64,000 nucleotides of DNA from Octopus bimaculoides (lineage: Eukaryota), in the NCBI RefSeq assembly GCF_001194135.2, contig NC_068981.1:104633100-104697099 (forward strand), read 5' to 3'. Below are positions 38,542-51,174 of this stretch, one piece after another. Within the stretch, counting starts at the first letter, position 1. Every line of letters begins with the position of its first letter. The position numbers and the translations under genes were made by a program. Below the pieces are notes generated by a model. That model saw only the letters and a program-made list of their open reading frames with translations, did no database searches and was not told the DNA's origin.

Positions 38542-38826
38542 TCACTGCTTGAAATCAAACTCGGAATCTTGGGGTTAGTAGCCATTGCTCTTAACCACTA
38601 CGTCATATGCATGTGGTTAAGAGCATGGGCTACTAACCCTGAGATTCCAAGCAGTGACCCGAATAATAATAATAATAACATCGACAAATACCTTAGGAAT
38701 GAGAACCCAGGTTCGAAATTTCCCCAAGACACCTGATGATGGCTGGAGGGTACGTCAGCTGAAACATTGTGTTAACAACCAACAAGATGAGGAGAAATAT
38801 CTGTCAAATGTAAAAAATGTATTTAT
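38329..38826. mobile_element. Palindromic (foldback) element; each arm = tRNA-like head + (AAT)n + hammerhead-like motif + tail
   Basis: The arms are reverse complements around the centre gctcttaaccac-tacgtcatatgcat-gtggttaagagc (about 38606). Confidence 0.85.
38728..38773 (+). ncRNA. Minimal type-I hammerhead ribozyme-like motif, degenerate (mirror copy on - strand at about 38404-38450)
   Basis: GACAC-CTGATGA-t-GGCTG-loop-CAGCT-GAAAC-att-GTGTT. Both core boxes, stem I (GACAC/GTGTT) and stem II are present; the helix III/cleavage triplet is mutated. Confidence 0.55.
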
Positions 38827-39125
38827 CTTTATTTTTTAGGGAAGTAAACTAGCAGAACCATTAACACGCTGGGCAAAATGCTTAGCAGCATTTTGTCCAT
38901 CTTTTTGGTCCTTGTAGATTGATTTTGCCTTTCTTCCCTTTTGGGGTCGAGAAAATAAGCACCATTTGAATACCGGGGTTGATGTAATTGACTTACCACT
39001 TTCCCTCAAACTTGCTGGCCTTGTGCCAAAATTTGAAACCAATATCAATCTTAATTTTCACTCAGAAATGAGAATAACATAGGCTGTTTCTTCAAGTATA
39101 AATCTAAGTTATAAATTACATACCA

Positions 39126-39175
<50 letters not shown>

Positions 39176-39356
39176 GAAGTATGGGTACTTACATGTGTTG
39201 TGTAAAGTCTCAGGTATTTGACAAAACTCATTTTGAACTCAATATTTAAATTATTTCTTCTCTTTTGGTTTACATTGTTTTTTTGTATAAGATTTTTTAA
39301 AAAATTTATATTCAACCATTCTCATCTCCCAAAAATATTAACTTATTACATTTATC

Positions 39357-40170
39357 AATTCGTATTGCAAGATTCCTGATGTGAAATCATGTGTTGAAAC
39401 AGATATTGTTGTATTTCGGGGTGGTAATTTAAAAAAAAAATTTTTTTGCCAAATAAACATACACTATATATTTTTTTCTTCTCTCATTTATTACTGTTAT
39501 TATTTTATTATTTTAACTTGTGTCCCTTGTCTGCACAATGGACATGAGTTAAAATAATAATAAAATAAGAACAGTAATAAATGAGTGAAGAAAAAATATA
39601 TAGTGCGTATGTTTATTTGGCTAAAATAAAAAAAAAACCATCCCGAAATACAACATTAACTGATGACATTTATGTATTTGTTTTGCAAGATACCTGATAT
39701 GAAATATGGATATTGTTATACTTTGGGATGGTCATATTTTGCCAATTTCACACACACTCTATATGTTTGTTCTTTACTTCAGCTTTATTATTATTATTGT
39801 TGTTATTTTTGTTTCTTTGTCAAAGTTCTTTTGTCACGCTGCTTGTGACCTCTTCACTTCAGCTTTATTGTTATTATTTTTGTTGAAAGGATTATTTATT
39901 TTTTTTAGTAATAATAATAATCCTTTATACTAAAAAAAAAGCTAACCTTTAGTAGAAAGGATTATTATTATTTTTGTTTCATTGTCAAAGCTCTTCACAC
40001 ATTGTGTGACCTCTTCAATGACCCTTTAGCTCACATGTTTCCTCTTGTTCTGCTGAAGAGGTTGCAAAAGAGCTTTGACAAAGAAACAAAAATAAAAATA
40101 ATAAAGCTGAAGTAAAGACCAAACATATAGTGCATATGCTTAATTGGAAAAATGTGACCATCCCAAAGGA
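39357..40170. repeat. Two adjacent foldback MITE-like elements of one family (about 39400-39660 and 39705-40170)
   Basis: Inverted termini gttgtatttcggg..tgg / ccatcccgaaatacaac and ctttgggatggtca / tgaccatcccaaag, with internal arms also complementary. Confidence 0.7.
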
Positions 40171-40989
40171 TAATAGTAGTAAACCTTTAGCATTTAAACC
40201 AGCCAAAATATTCTACCACTAAACAATGTCATTTTAAAAATAAATAACGACACCGTCAAAATCTCTAATCTACAAGATATTGCATGATAAATTCAAAACA
40301 TTGTGAATAAATAAGCAGAACATTAGACAGAGGAATCTGAATGCTAAAGGGTTAACTTATTCTTTTTGTCTTAAGAGCAGAGGTTATTGAGAATGAGTAA
40401 AAATCAACTGTGGTGGTTTGATACATTTCAATTATTTTTTTTCTTTATTGAGCTTGGAGAGATAAAAAGTAAAGTCACTTTTGATGGAATTTGCACTTGG
40501 ATATAGAGAAATGAAGAGAGAGGAAGTTAACTACTGTATTGAAAGGCATTTAGTTCATAATTCTATGATTCTAATATTATTGTCTTGAAGTAAGGTGGTG
40601 AGCTGGCAGAATTGTTAGCACACCTGGCAAAATGCTTAGCAGCATTTCATCCGTCTTTTCGGTTTGAGTTCAAATTCCGCTGAGGTCAACTTTTCCTTTC
40701 ATCCTTTTGGGGTCGATGAAATAAGTATCAGTTGAGCACAGGTTGATATAATCATCTTACCCACCTTCACCAAAATTGCAGGCCTTGTGCCAAAGTTTGA
40801 AACTAATATTATTGTCTGAAAGTATTTTTGAACAAGCCTTTATGCAATGATTCTTAACTGCTGTTTTATTTAGATGTCTTAGATTTTTTTTTAAATATAG
40901 AATAAAAGGGATATAAAGACAAAAATGATTAATTTGTCTTCATGATGCCCATCATTTGTTTTCCTTGTGGCAAATAAAGAAACAATAGC

Positions 40990-41793
40990 ACCGTGTAACA
41001 ATTTTTTTTTTTAGTCTTTTGTCAATTGTTATTTCCTATTTGCTTCTATCTAGAAATGAAAGGAAATTACTACTATTCCCTCCAAACTTTGCTTTTGTAA
41101 CCTGGACATCAATGTTTTGAAACTGACCTATTTTCTGTTACATTTCAGACAGATTCAACGCAAAGATGATGAAGTAGAAATATACTGGCACTCCATTGCT
41201 TATGACAAGGGTTTCAGTTGATCCAATCAACGAAACAACTTGCTCATGAGATTAGCGTGCGAGTGGCTGAGCACTCCAAAGATATGAGTACCTCTTCACA
41301 TGCTTCTCAGGGAGATTCAGTGTGATAAGGCTGACTCCTTGAAATACAGGTACTACTCATTTTTGCCAGCTGAGTGGACTGGAGCAAAGTGAAATAAAGT
41401 GTCTTGCTCAAGGACACAACGCATTGCTGGGAATTGAACTTAGGACCCTATGATCATGAGCCAAATACCCTAACCACTAAGCCACATGCCTTCACATGCT
41501 GAAGCAGAAATATCATTATAGCAAATATTCTGCTGAATACCACAGGTTTGCTTGTCAGTTGCTTGACCTCAATCAGTTGAGCATGTCTCTTTGTGGCTGA
41601 CAATATGTGAATTTCCACAGGAGTGGGGGTGGGGAGCATCATAGCCATGTGTTGAGAGGGATTCTTTGGGGTTTGAATAAATGTAACAAAAGCAAAGTTT
41701 GAAGGAAATATTAGCCATTTTCCATACTTTCTAGAGATAAGCAAATGGGAAATAACAGTTGCTATCCAAGGACAAAAATTGTCTTACACAGTG
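40990..41793. mobile_element. Tc1/mariner-type MITE with about 55-bp TIRs, interrupted by a SINE
   Basis: Left end caccgtgtaacaattttt...tgttatttcctatttgctt is the inverse of right end aagcaaatgggaaataaca...aaaaattgtcttacacagtg|ta. Confidence 0.75.
41184..41496 (-). mobile_element. tRNA-derived SINE, family C (gagcaagacactttatttc...ctccagtccactcagctg core)
   Basis: tRNA-like head at about 41430-41490 (gcttagtggttagggta...gttcaattccc) and a 17-bp TSD. Related copy at 43845-44180 (+), decayed copy at about 25790-26000. Confidence 0.8.
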
Positions 41794-44700
41794 TAATGAT
41801 TATCATTTAGCTGACAGTATCATTAGTGTTTCAAAAATGCGTTGCAATATTTCTTCCTGCTTTTCACATTCTGAGTTCAATCCCACCATAGTCAACTTTG
41901 CCTCTCATTCTTTCAGAGTTGATAAAGTACTAGGGGGCAGAGACAATGCTATTAACTACCATCCTTCTTTCATCACCTAAAATTGCTGGCCTTTTACCTC
42001 AATCAGAAACAATTATTATTTGTTACTAGTGACAGAAGCAGGTTTGGCTGCACCATTAGAGTATCGGACAAGAATGCAGTTTGTTCTGGCTATTTATGTT
42101 CTGCGTTCAAATCCTGCCAAGGTTAACTTTGCCTTTCATCCTTCCAAAATTGATAAAGTACAGTCAAGTACTGGAAGATGTAATCAACTGACTCCCTCTC
42201 ATCAAAAATTGTTGGCTTGTGCCTAAATAAGAAAAAAAAATATTATTATAGAAAGTAGTGAAGTAGCAGAATGTCAGTCTGCCTTATAGTATTTAGTTAC
42301 TGACTTCAAATTCCCACTGAACTATATTTGCCTTGTCTCACAATAGATTAGAATAAGTGCCAGATGTGAACTAAGTTAAAATCAGTTGATTATGCTCTTG
42401 CAATATGCAGTTGTTTGCTGGCCTTGTTTAAATATAAGAAATGAGTACTGATAACAAGTACTTGGGTGCAACAACCAGTTTTCTTCAAGTCACTTTTGAC
42501 TTTTCATTGAAGTCATTTCATTTGATGAATGAATGTCCTTGAGTGATGAAGTATGAACATCACATGATCTCATTCTACATGAACACGTGGCTCTATACTT
42601 CATTATAAAATAATTATTATTGTTATATTTTCCTCTTGGCGTTCTTTTTATTTTTCCTGTTTGTTTCTGTTATAGTGTTCTTCCTTCAGTTGTACAAGTT
42701 ATAAATGTTCACATTAAAAATTCTATAAAATTTTAATTTGTACTTTTGTACAGTGATAATTAATTAATGAAAAGGAAACTAATCTTTCTAGTGTTGGTTT
42801 TTCTTAAAGCCAAATCTCAAAGTTATTCATCATTTGTTATTTAGAATACTTTTATTTATTAATGAAAAGCAGGTACTAATGTCTTTTTAATGTGGTATTT
42901 GTACAGATATATGCAAATATACACAAATACCCAATACACACACACACACACACATGCACTTATTAATAAGCTAAAATTTATTACTAGAATATGTACCTTT
43001 CAGAACAAAAAGAAAAAAAAGAATCTGTACATGAACAAACAGGAATAAAGAGAAAATGGAGAAATGTGTGTATATGTGTATACATAGGCGTAGGAGTGGC
43101 TGTGTGGTAAGTAGCTTGCTTACAAACCACATGGTCCCGGGTTCAGTCCCACTCTTTGGCACCTTGGGCAAGTGTCTTCTACTATAGCCTCGGGTCGACC
43201 AAAGCCTTGTGAGTGGATTTGGTAGACGGAAACTGAAAGAAGCCCGTCGTATACATATATATATATATATATGTGTGTGTGTGTATATATATGTGTGTGT
43301 GTGTCTGTGTTTGTTTCCCCAACCGCTTGACAACAGATACTGGTGTGTTTACGTCCCCGTAACTTAGCGGTTTGGCAAAAAAGACCGACAGAATAAGTAC
43401 TAGGCTTACAAAGAATAAGTCCTGGGGTCGATTTGCTTGACTAAAAAGGCGGTGCTCCAGCATGGCCACAGTCAAATGACAAACAAATAAAAGAGTATAC
43501 ATTTATACATGCATATCTGTTTGTATGAAGGCATGCAGGTTCGGTTCTTGGATTGGACAGTATGTTATGTTGTTGAGCAGATCACTTCATTTCATGTTAT
43601 TCTGCAACCATTTCAACATCTGACATGTGGCACACTTGTGCACCTATACAGGCAATGTTGATTTGATGGAGGGTGTGAGCTAATGTACAGCACATTTGAT
43701 TATTATAAACAACTTGTGCAGGTTGTTCACCAAAAACAGGACTCTCACATGTTCTCTCTGACTGGAGATCCAATCCAATCTCTCTCATACACATGTGTAT
43801 GTGTCCTCACAGACTTTTAATATAAAGGATGTGATATGGTTGTGAAGATGCATGGCTCAATGGTTAGAGTGTTGGGCTCACAATCATGAGGTAGTGAACT
43901 GGATTCCCAGACCAGGCTGTGTGTAGTGGTCTTGAGCAAGACACTTTATTTCATGTTGCTCCAGTTCACTCAGCTGTAGAAATGAATTATAATGTCACTG
44001 GTGCCTAGCTGCATCAGCCTTTGTCTTTCCCTTGAATAACATTGGTGGCATGGAGAGGAGAGGATGGTATGCATGGGTGACTGCTGGTCTTCCATAAACA
44101 ACCTTGCCTGGACTGGTGCCTTGGAGGGAACTTTCTAGGTGCAATTCCATGGTCATTCATGACCGAAGGGAGTCTTTACCAACATGATAATTGTTCAATA
44201 AGTAATAGAATTAAAATGTTACTTTTTTGTTCTATAATAGTAAGGACTGAATAGAAACAGACTATTGGGTATTAACCTCTTTTAAGATTTGCAATTATCT
44301 CTTACTTGTTTCACTCATTGGATTGTGGCCATGCTGGGGCACCACCTTGAGGGCTTTTAGTCAAGCAAATTGACCTTAGTACTTATTTCTTTTTTTAAGT
44401 CTGGTACTAATTCTGTCGGTCTCATTTGCCAAACTGCTAAGTTATGGGGATATAAACAAACCAACATTGGCTGCCAAGTGCTGAAGGAAGACAGATACAC
44501 AAACATGCATATATACACAACAAGCTTCTTTCAGTTTCTATGTAGCAAATCCACTCAAGGCTGTAGTAAAAGACACTTACCCACAGTGCCATGCGATGGG
44601 ACTGAACCTGAAGCCATGTGGTTGGGAAAGCATGTCTAGAATAATTTTCCCCAAAAGATAAACGGCAAACAGGTAATTGCAAGAGCACATACTTTTTTTA

Positions 44701-45239
44701 ATTGATAGCATTTTGCATTCAAAATGATTATTTCTGATTGAATTTGCTTTGAGAATATCTAACTATATCACTGGCTGCTATTTTGATCTTAAAGATAGGG
44801 TTTGCAGAATTTATTGAGGTCATGGTGTTTTGAAAAGAGGCGCATTTCTCATGTTAATGTGAATCTAAACAAATGCAGTGTTATATTTAGTGAAGCTGTG
44901 ATCTTGATATAGATTTATGGCAAAAAAGGATTAACCAGTGTTGGGTCCATGACAGTGAGTCTTATGGAAACACATGAGAATAGAAAGAAGCCATACATAT
45001 GTATATAGGTAAGTATGTTATAGTATAGCAAAGATAGAAAAGGATTTTTATTATAGGCATAAAAAAAGTAAGTACAACTTGAATGAGTGACTCAATACAA
45101 ATGTAATCAATAGGGTTCATATCTGGTGATTGGCTTGGCCATGGAAGTATTTTAATGCCAATCTCTTCCTACAAACCTTGGGTTATTTTAGCTGTGTGAC
45201 AAAGAGTCCCATTTTCCATAAATAAAGAGTCTTCTTTAA

Positions 45240-45632
45240 TCATTTTACCACTTGAGAAGATTGGAAGGTGTCCTTTCCGCAATATGGACATATATTTATC
45301 TGAGTTTGTTTCCCTCACACTCCACCACCTCTGATCAACCATTGCTCATAATTGCTCCCCAGACCATCACAGACACAGACTGTGCTTTCAGTCCCACTGG
45401 TTGTTATTTTGGGGACTTTCCATGTGATGTAGTCAGCATTCCGTTTCCTTAGTTTCCAAATGTGGCTGACTAATCTGGTGGAATTCTTTTTCTCGACGTT
45501 TCTGAATGATGTTCTGTGGTTATAATAACTCTGTTTGAATTTACCCTCGACAATATCTGTATAAAGTTGAACAACAAGCTTGCTAGTTATTAGTAGCTTC
45601 ATGTGAAAACTATAACTGCAGCTAATTTCCAT
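45240..45632 (-). mobile_element. Penelope-like element fragment, GIY-YIG endonuclease
   Basis: ORF 45315..45632 reads ...YTDIVEGKFKQSYYNHRTSFRNVEKKNSTRLVSHIWKLRKRNADY.ITWK, typical of the PLE GIY-YIG C-terminus. Confidence 0.8.
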
Positions 45633-47280
45633 GGAACGTCTGTTGAAGATTTTCCTGTATTTATGGTTTACTGAGAAATACTTATCTAAAAGGGTTGATT
45701 TTATTTACATTGGTTTTTGTTTGCAAGAAAAAACGAGGTGCAAACTGGATGATCTTTCTGCCCTTGTTATATTAAGGTGGGGTATTATTATTAGTAATGA
45801 ACCACTCTATAAAAAATTTTCTTTGACGAGAAAAGATTACAGGTTCTACTAATATTAAAGATAAGGTTTCTATAAAAGAATTTGTAAGTACCTGAATCTA
45901 AGTTCATTGACGCATCTAAGAGATCAATATTAGTTGTTACTAGCGATTGTAATCTTTATACTTTACCGAAAGTGGTTAAGAAATTTTTTTAAAGTTCCTG
46001 AAATGTGGCTATCAGTATGTGATGCAGCGAATCCAACTTCTCGGTACAAGCCGATGCTGCAATTAAGAATCATGACTTTAAATAGACGCTATATATACCG
46101 ACCAGATTGCAAGTATTAGTATTATCATAAAATTACTCAGATCTGTCGGACAGACAGATCTATGAATTCAAATTTTTTGGTCCAGGTCGATTCTTTATTA
46201 AAGAAAAGTGTTTTACTCACATGCAAGATTATCTAATTCATCAATGCTGGCTTATCTATAGGCGAATTCTATGGTTTGAACCAGCAGGACTCCAGATATC
46301 GAGAGATGGAAGCCAATAAAGTATTTTTGCTTATTAAGCCTGCTTCTGTTTTATCTTGAACACTAAACCTAAGCCATGATCCTGAAATTTTAACATAACT
46401 GTAAACCGAAATTTTTCAGAAAGAATTATCTCCATTCAATAATTCTAATGCAGAAAATATTTTGGAAAACGTGTCTAAAATGTTAAAAAGTGTCAGGGCT
46501 GGTAAGCATTGAAAAAAAAAATGAAATTTAAAGCAGTCTGAAAGAAAATTTTCCCTAAAGAGTAGAAAATTAAATGTTACGAAAGCACCTAGTTTAGTTG
46601 GGATTCTATGGTGTTATTTTGAGTATAATCTTAGTTTCTTTATTCATACCATGTTTTTGTTATATTTCTTAGGTTATTAAACATTAGTTTGTTATATTCA
46701 CTACGTCATTGCCGTTATTCGTCTGAAATATACGGTTACATGCATACATACAAAAAAGCATCCATGTATATGTACATGCTTATATGCAAGAATACACATA
46801 TTTAACTTTCATGCAAACATGAACATGTACACATCCATGCAATACATACTTGCATAATATCTAAGTATATTATTTTCATTCCAATATTCTCTAAACATTC
46901 ACATAATTTAGATATTAAATTATATAACTACAATACACGGTCGTGACAATCGAGTCAATATATTTTTTCCCTACATTATCGATATATTAATACAATACAT
47001 GTTAGAGTTTTGCTATAACCATCCTCTCCCTGCCAAGATTTTAAATTTATTTCGATTTCTTTTCGGATTTCTATGATTAGCGATTACGACTGGGGGACAA
47101 AATTCTGTAAATTCAACTTTTTCCAAATAGTAATCACTTCTGTATGACTCCAACCCTAAATTCTAAATGTTAATCATCCTAAAACACAACCCTAAACGCT
47201 AACCTTAAGCACTGAACCTAAACCATGATCCTAAAATTTAACCATAACTGTAAGCCGAATTTCTTCACAATTTATTTCAA

Positions 47281-48081
47281 GGTTGGCCTACCTGTCGGAC
47301 ATTTTTTAAGCCCTCAACCACTTAAAACCTGTCGTTTCAAGGGCCCAACTGCACTGTCACAGAGTTCATCCTGAAACTGGGAGTGTTTGTCTGGAAGTTG
47401 GATCTGTGGTCGAAGAACATGGAGAGCAAACGCTACGGAATGTTCGAACTCTTGACTACACTTGACAGTGAGCCCAATGATGAATTTACCCTAGAAATCG
47501 TCCGTCACCTCTCACTGCTCAATACTGAGTTGATGCATAACTTGCCGAACGTGACATGTGCCTACCTCCCCAATCTATTCTCCGTTGATCCAGCCGAGTT
47601 GCCTGTCGGGACCGGGGAACAAGAGGAACTCATAGATATCCAGGCTGACGAGACAGCAAAGACGAAGCACAAAGAATGCTCTCTTATAAATTTCTGACCA
47701 AGCATGGCCTTCTCGTACCCGACGCTAGCCCGTCACGCTGTTCCCCAACTACTGATTTTCCCCTCTGCGTGGGAGTGTGAGTAGATGTTCTCAGCCTTAC
47801 GGGCCACCAAGTCGAAGAGCCGGAACCGTCATACTGCACCCGGCCATGATTTCCGATGCACTGTGAGCAAGGTTATGCTCCGCATTAACCAGCTGGTGGA
47901 GAGGAAACATATTCAGCCCTGGCATTAAATTGAGTTGTGTTCTTTGTTGTTAGTTCATTTGTGTTTTCTTGTGATTAAATTGATATCTGATCGAATTGAG
48001 TTTTTCTGGAACCAGGTGGTACACGGCGGCTGTACGAAACCTCCAAGTGGTACGCGATCACAAAAAGGTTGGGAACTATTG
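47281..48081 (+). mobile_element. hAT (Buster/Charlie-type) transposon 3' fragment, including the dimerization domain and right TIR
   Basis: LAYLSDIF*ALNHL...FVWKLDLW...EQEELIDIQAD...YPTLARHAVPQLLIFPSAWECE*MFSAL..TKSKSRNR. Ends aaaaaggttgggaactattg. Confidence 0.9.
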
Positions 48082-49480
48082 CTGTAAATAGTTGTTAACC
48101 AATAAATGCAAGCCTTTTCCTACAAAATGTAACAATTAAGGAACGAAAGCAAAACAGTGGAGAACAGAGGATACTATAAAGGATCCATTAAGGCGTTGTT
48201 TATTGTTGAAGTTGAATCCACCCATTATTTTAATTAAATTTCTAATTGATATAAACAAGCGTGACAATTAACAACCTATATATATATCGATTGTAAATTA
48301 AAGAGAGTTAGAACGAATAACAACAAATACACATTCTATTGCTTTCTCCATCTCGTATAATTTTGTCCTAGTTATAATGAGGAACTAAAGCTTGGTACAC
48401 CGTGTAGGTGGATAGGTATACCAAGACCGTCTGCTGCAAGGAATTGTCACTACGAACGCATTTTCTCAAAAAAAGTCGTGTATTATTGCTCATGTATTAC
48501 TAGGCAGATGTGGCGAGCATTAAAATAACCTATAAAAACGTTATTTTTGTTGGCGAAGAAAAACTTTTTCACTTTATGATCATGGAAAATACCTACTTCT
48601 GATGCGTAGATGCTCTAAATTTCATGGGCCCTGGAAACGAAAAAGTCCCAACATTTTATAAACAAAATAACAAGATAAAAATGTTACAACGAATGTTTTA
48701 AGTCCCTGAATTTTTATTAATCTTATCGTTATATTTAAAATCATTCACAATGTTTAATGAGCATTATGGTTAAGTATGTCCTGTATATAACTTGCTGGAT
48801 AATATCCTGAAGACAGTGCAAGGAAATTAAACATCACATATAATCAATACGAGTTATTGGACACTACAAGTAAACGTTGTTGCCTTTTGTCGACTACAGC
48901 ATAAGCTTGTTATTTAAAAGTGAAGTATGAAGGGAGAGAACGACCTATTAAGACAAGCAATATAGATTCCCTTTGACGGCTTAGTGGCTCTCTGGGTAGG
49001 TTGAATTTTACTAATCATTTTTATAGCTGTTAGTTATCTTTCAAGGATCTTCGGTCAAGCTGTTTGGCGGGAAAACTCGCATACATGCTTTAAAGATTGC
49101 CGCCTCAGCCAGTGCTATTTGGTTGAACCATATTTCCGTAGGCGTTGATACCTATTATGGTGACACTTTTCCTTTTATGGAAATATATTAGTTCGTGGTT
49201 CTAGACTGGGAAAAATTTGAGAGCTATGGTTGAAATCCCAACCGGGGACTCATTCATTCATTCATTCTTACATACATACATACACATACGCGCTTACACA
49301 CGCATACATACACATACATGCTTACACACACACATACATACATACATATACACACACACTTATACACACATACGTACATACACGCTTACACATACATACA
49401 TGCATACATACTCATGCACGCTTACACACACATATATACATACGCACATACATACATATACACACACATACGTACATGCA

Positions 49481-50334
49481 TGGGTATGTTTCTCGTAGAT
49501 CTGAAGAAGATATTAACATTGACATGAAACGAAGCCTGTCTTCACACACTTCGAAGGCTATGCATTTGCAATCCAAGAAAGGAGATTGCTACAAAATATC
49601 TAATCAACAAAAGAGACAGTGAAGCTCTTGGAGTTTCAAGATGTAACCATAAATGTAGATTATGTCATATTTCTGTGGAAAACATCACACGTGATGTCGT
49701 CATCACGTGTCATCAAAAATGCCATCAAGGTGCTACCTCTCTATGCGGCATGACATTGTCGCAAAAACAATAAACAATGCGATTCGGGATAAAGACTGTC
49801 CTGGAATAAAAGTAGAGAATTCCACTGTTACTGAATACGCACACAAATACCAGCACTGGTGGGACATTACTATCAAAGTATTTGTCAAGTGTAAGCGTAA
49901 CAAACCAGATATTGTTTTGGGATAGACAAGAAAAAGTATGTGCTGTGATAGAGGTTAGCTGTCCTGCTGATGTGAATATCTCTTCGAAAATCAAAGAGAA
50001 AGAAGATAACTATGGTTTCGAAACCTCCAGCTTCTATATCCGTAGCACAAATTGACATTTTTACCAATAATAATTGGAACACTTGGTTTTGTAAGTAAAT
50101 ACCTAACTGTCAGCCTGGATAAGAGTGGATTTTCAGAAAAAGAAATTAGCCAACTGATTCGCACATTACAAGCACAATCTGTAAGCGGAACACTAAAACT
50201 ATGTAAGACTTTTCTCAAGTTTAAAACGTGACATTGTTTTCGTTATCTACATTCCAAAGATGGAGCTTTGTATCTTTATTAGAAACCAACTCCTTCTTCA
50301 GAGAAATAATTTAAACGCTTAAATACAGAAGAGA
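49481..50334 (+). mobile_element. R4/Dong-like RLE retrotransposon 3' fragment, copy A
   Basis: CRLCH zinc knuckle, RHD motif, WWD...NKPDIV...IEVSCPAD restriction-like endonuclease, PIIIGTLG, then a 3' UTR. Confidence 0.85.
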
Positions 50335-50686
50335 CATGCATACATACCCTGCTGGACGTAAAAAAAAATAAATTCAGCGACCATCCATAAAACTGGGAGT
50401 GAGAGATCTCTATTCTTTATTTAGACTCTCTAGGAAAAGGATATTTTGAAATAAAACCCGCCTCATTGCGAAGGCAGAGATAATTTTTTTTTGTTTCTGG
50501 ACAACTTTTAGGTAAGAGATTTAGCGGTGTTGTATAAGCTGTTATGGACTTCAAATTTCAACACGAGTTTGCCGACTGCCATGGTCTTTAACATCAAGGA
50601 TAAGATAATTTGACAGTGATGGTCTTACTAATCTACTAGTTAAGAGTCATCATATGCACATATATATGTGTGTGTGTATGTATGTG

Positions 50687-51174
50687 TCTCCTATTTTTTA
50701 ATTATTATAAATCTTCCACTGAGGAGAGAGCCGGTTTCCCACAAAGACAAGGCTCCATCTTTGGGATGTAGTTAACATAGACAAATTTACATTGAGAGAA
50801 GTCTTGCATATTTTTACTGTTCCACTCACAGATTGGACTTGTAATGTGCGAATCAGCCGGTCATTTATCTTTCTGAAAATTCCAGTTCCCAGATTCTCCT
50901 TTAAGCATTTACTAACAAAACTTAGTGCTCCAATTATTATTGGTATGAATATGAATTCATAGTTTGGATATAGAAACTGGAGGTTTCGAAGCAGTTGTCC
51001 TTAGTCTCTTTTTCTGTGATTTTCAAAGATATCTATATCTGCAGGACAGTTAACCTCTATGATAGTATATACCTTTGCCCCTCTGACCCAAACAAAAATA
51101 TCCGGCCTGTTATGCTTACATTTGACAGAAGTTTTGATGGGAATATTCCACTAGTATTCCTTGAGTTGGTGTTT
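50687..51174 (-). mobile_element. R4/Dong-like RLE retrotransposon 3' fragment, copy B (inverted relative to A)
   Basis: The reverse complement aligns with 49850-50334, including the 3' UTR (ctacatcccaaagatggagc). Confidence 0.82.

Noticed and set aside
38540-38660. tRNA genes (also tRNA-like heads at about 41430-41490, 43087-43150 and 52530-52590)
   Set aside because: The acceptor stems do not close, the B boxes are decayed and each continues into a repeat body. They are SINE-type heads.
42480-42960. UTR-like, TGTAC-rich unique sequence suggesting a distal SNX13 3' end or another gene's end
   Set aside because: The impression is compositional only; no linked exon or clear poly(A) site can be supported.
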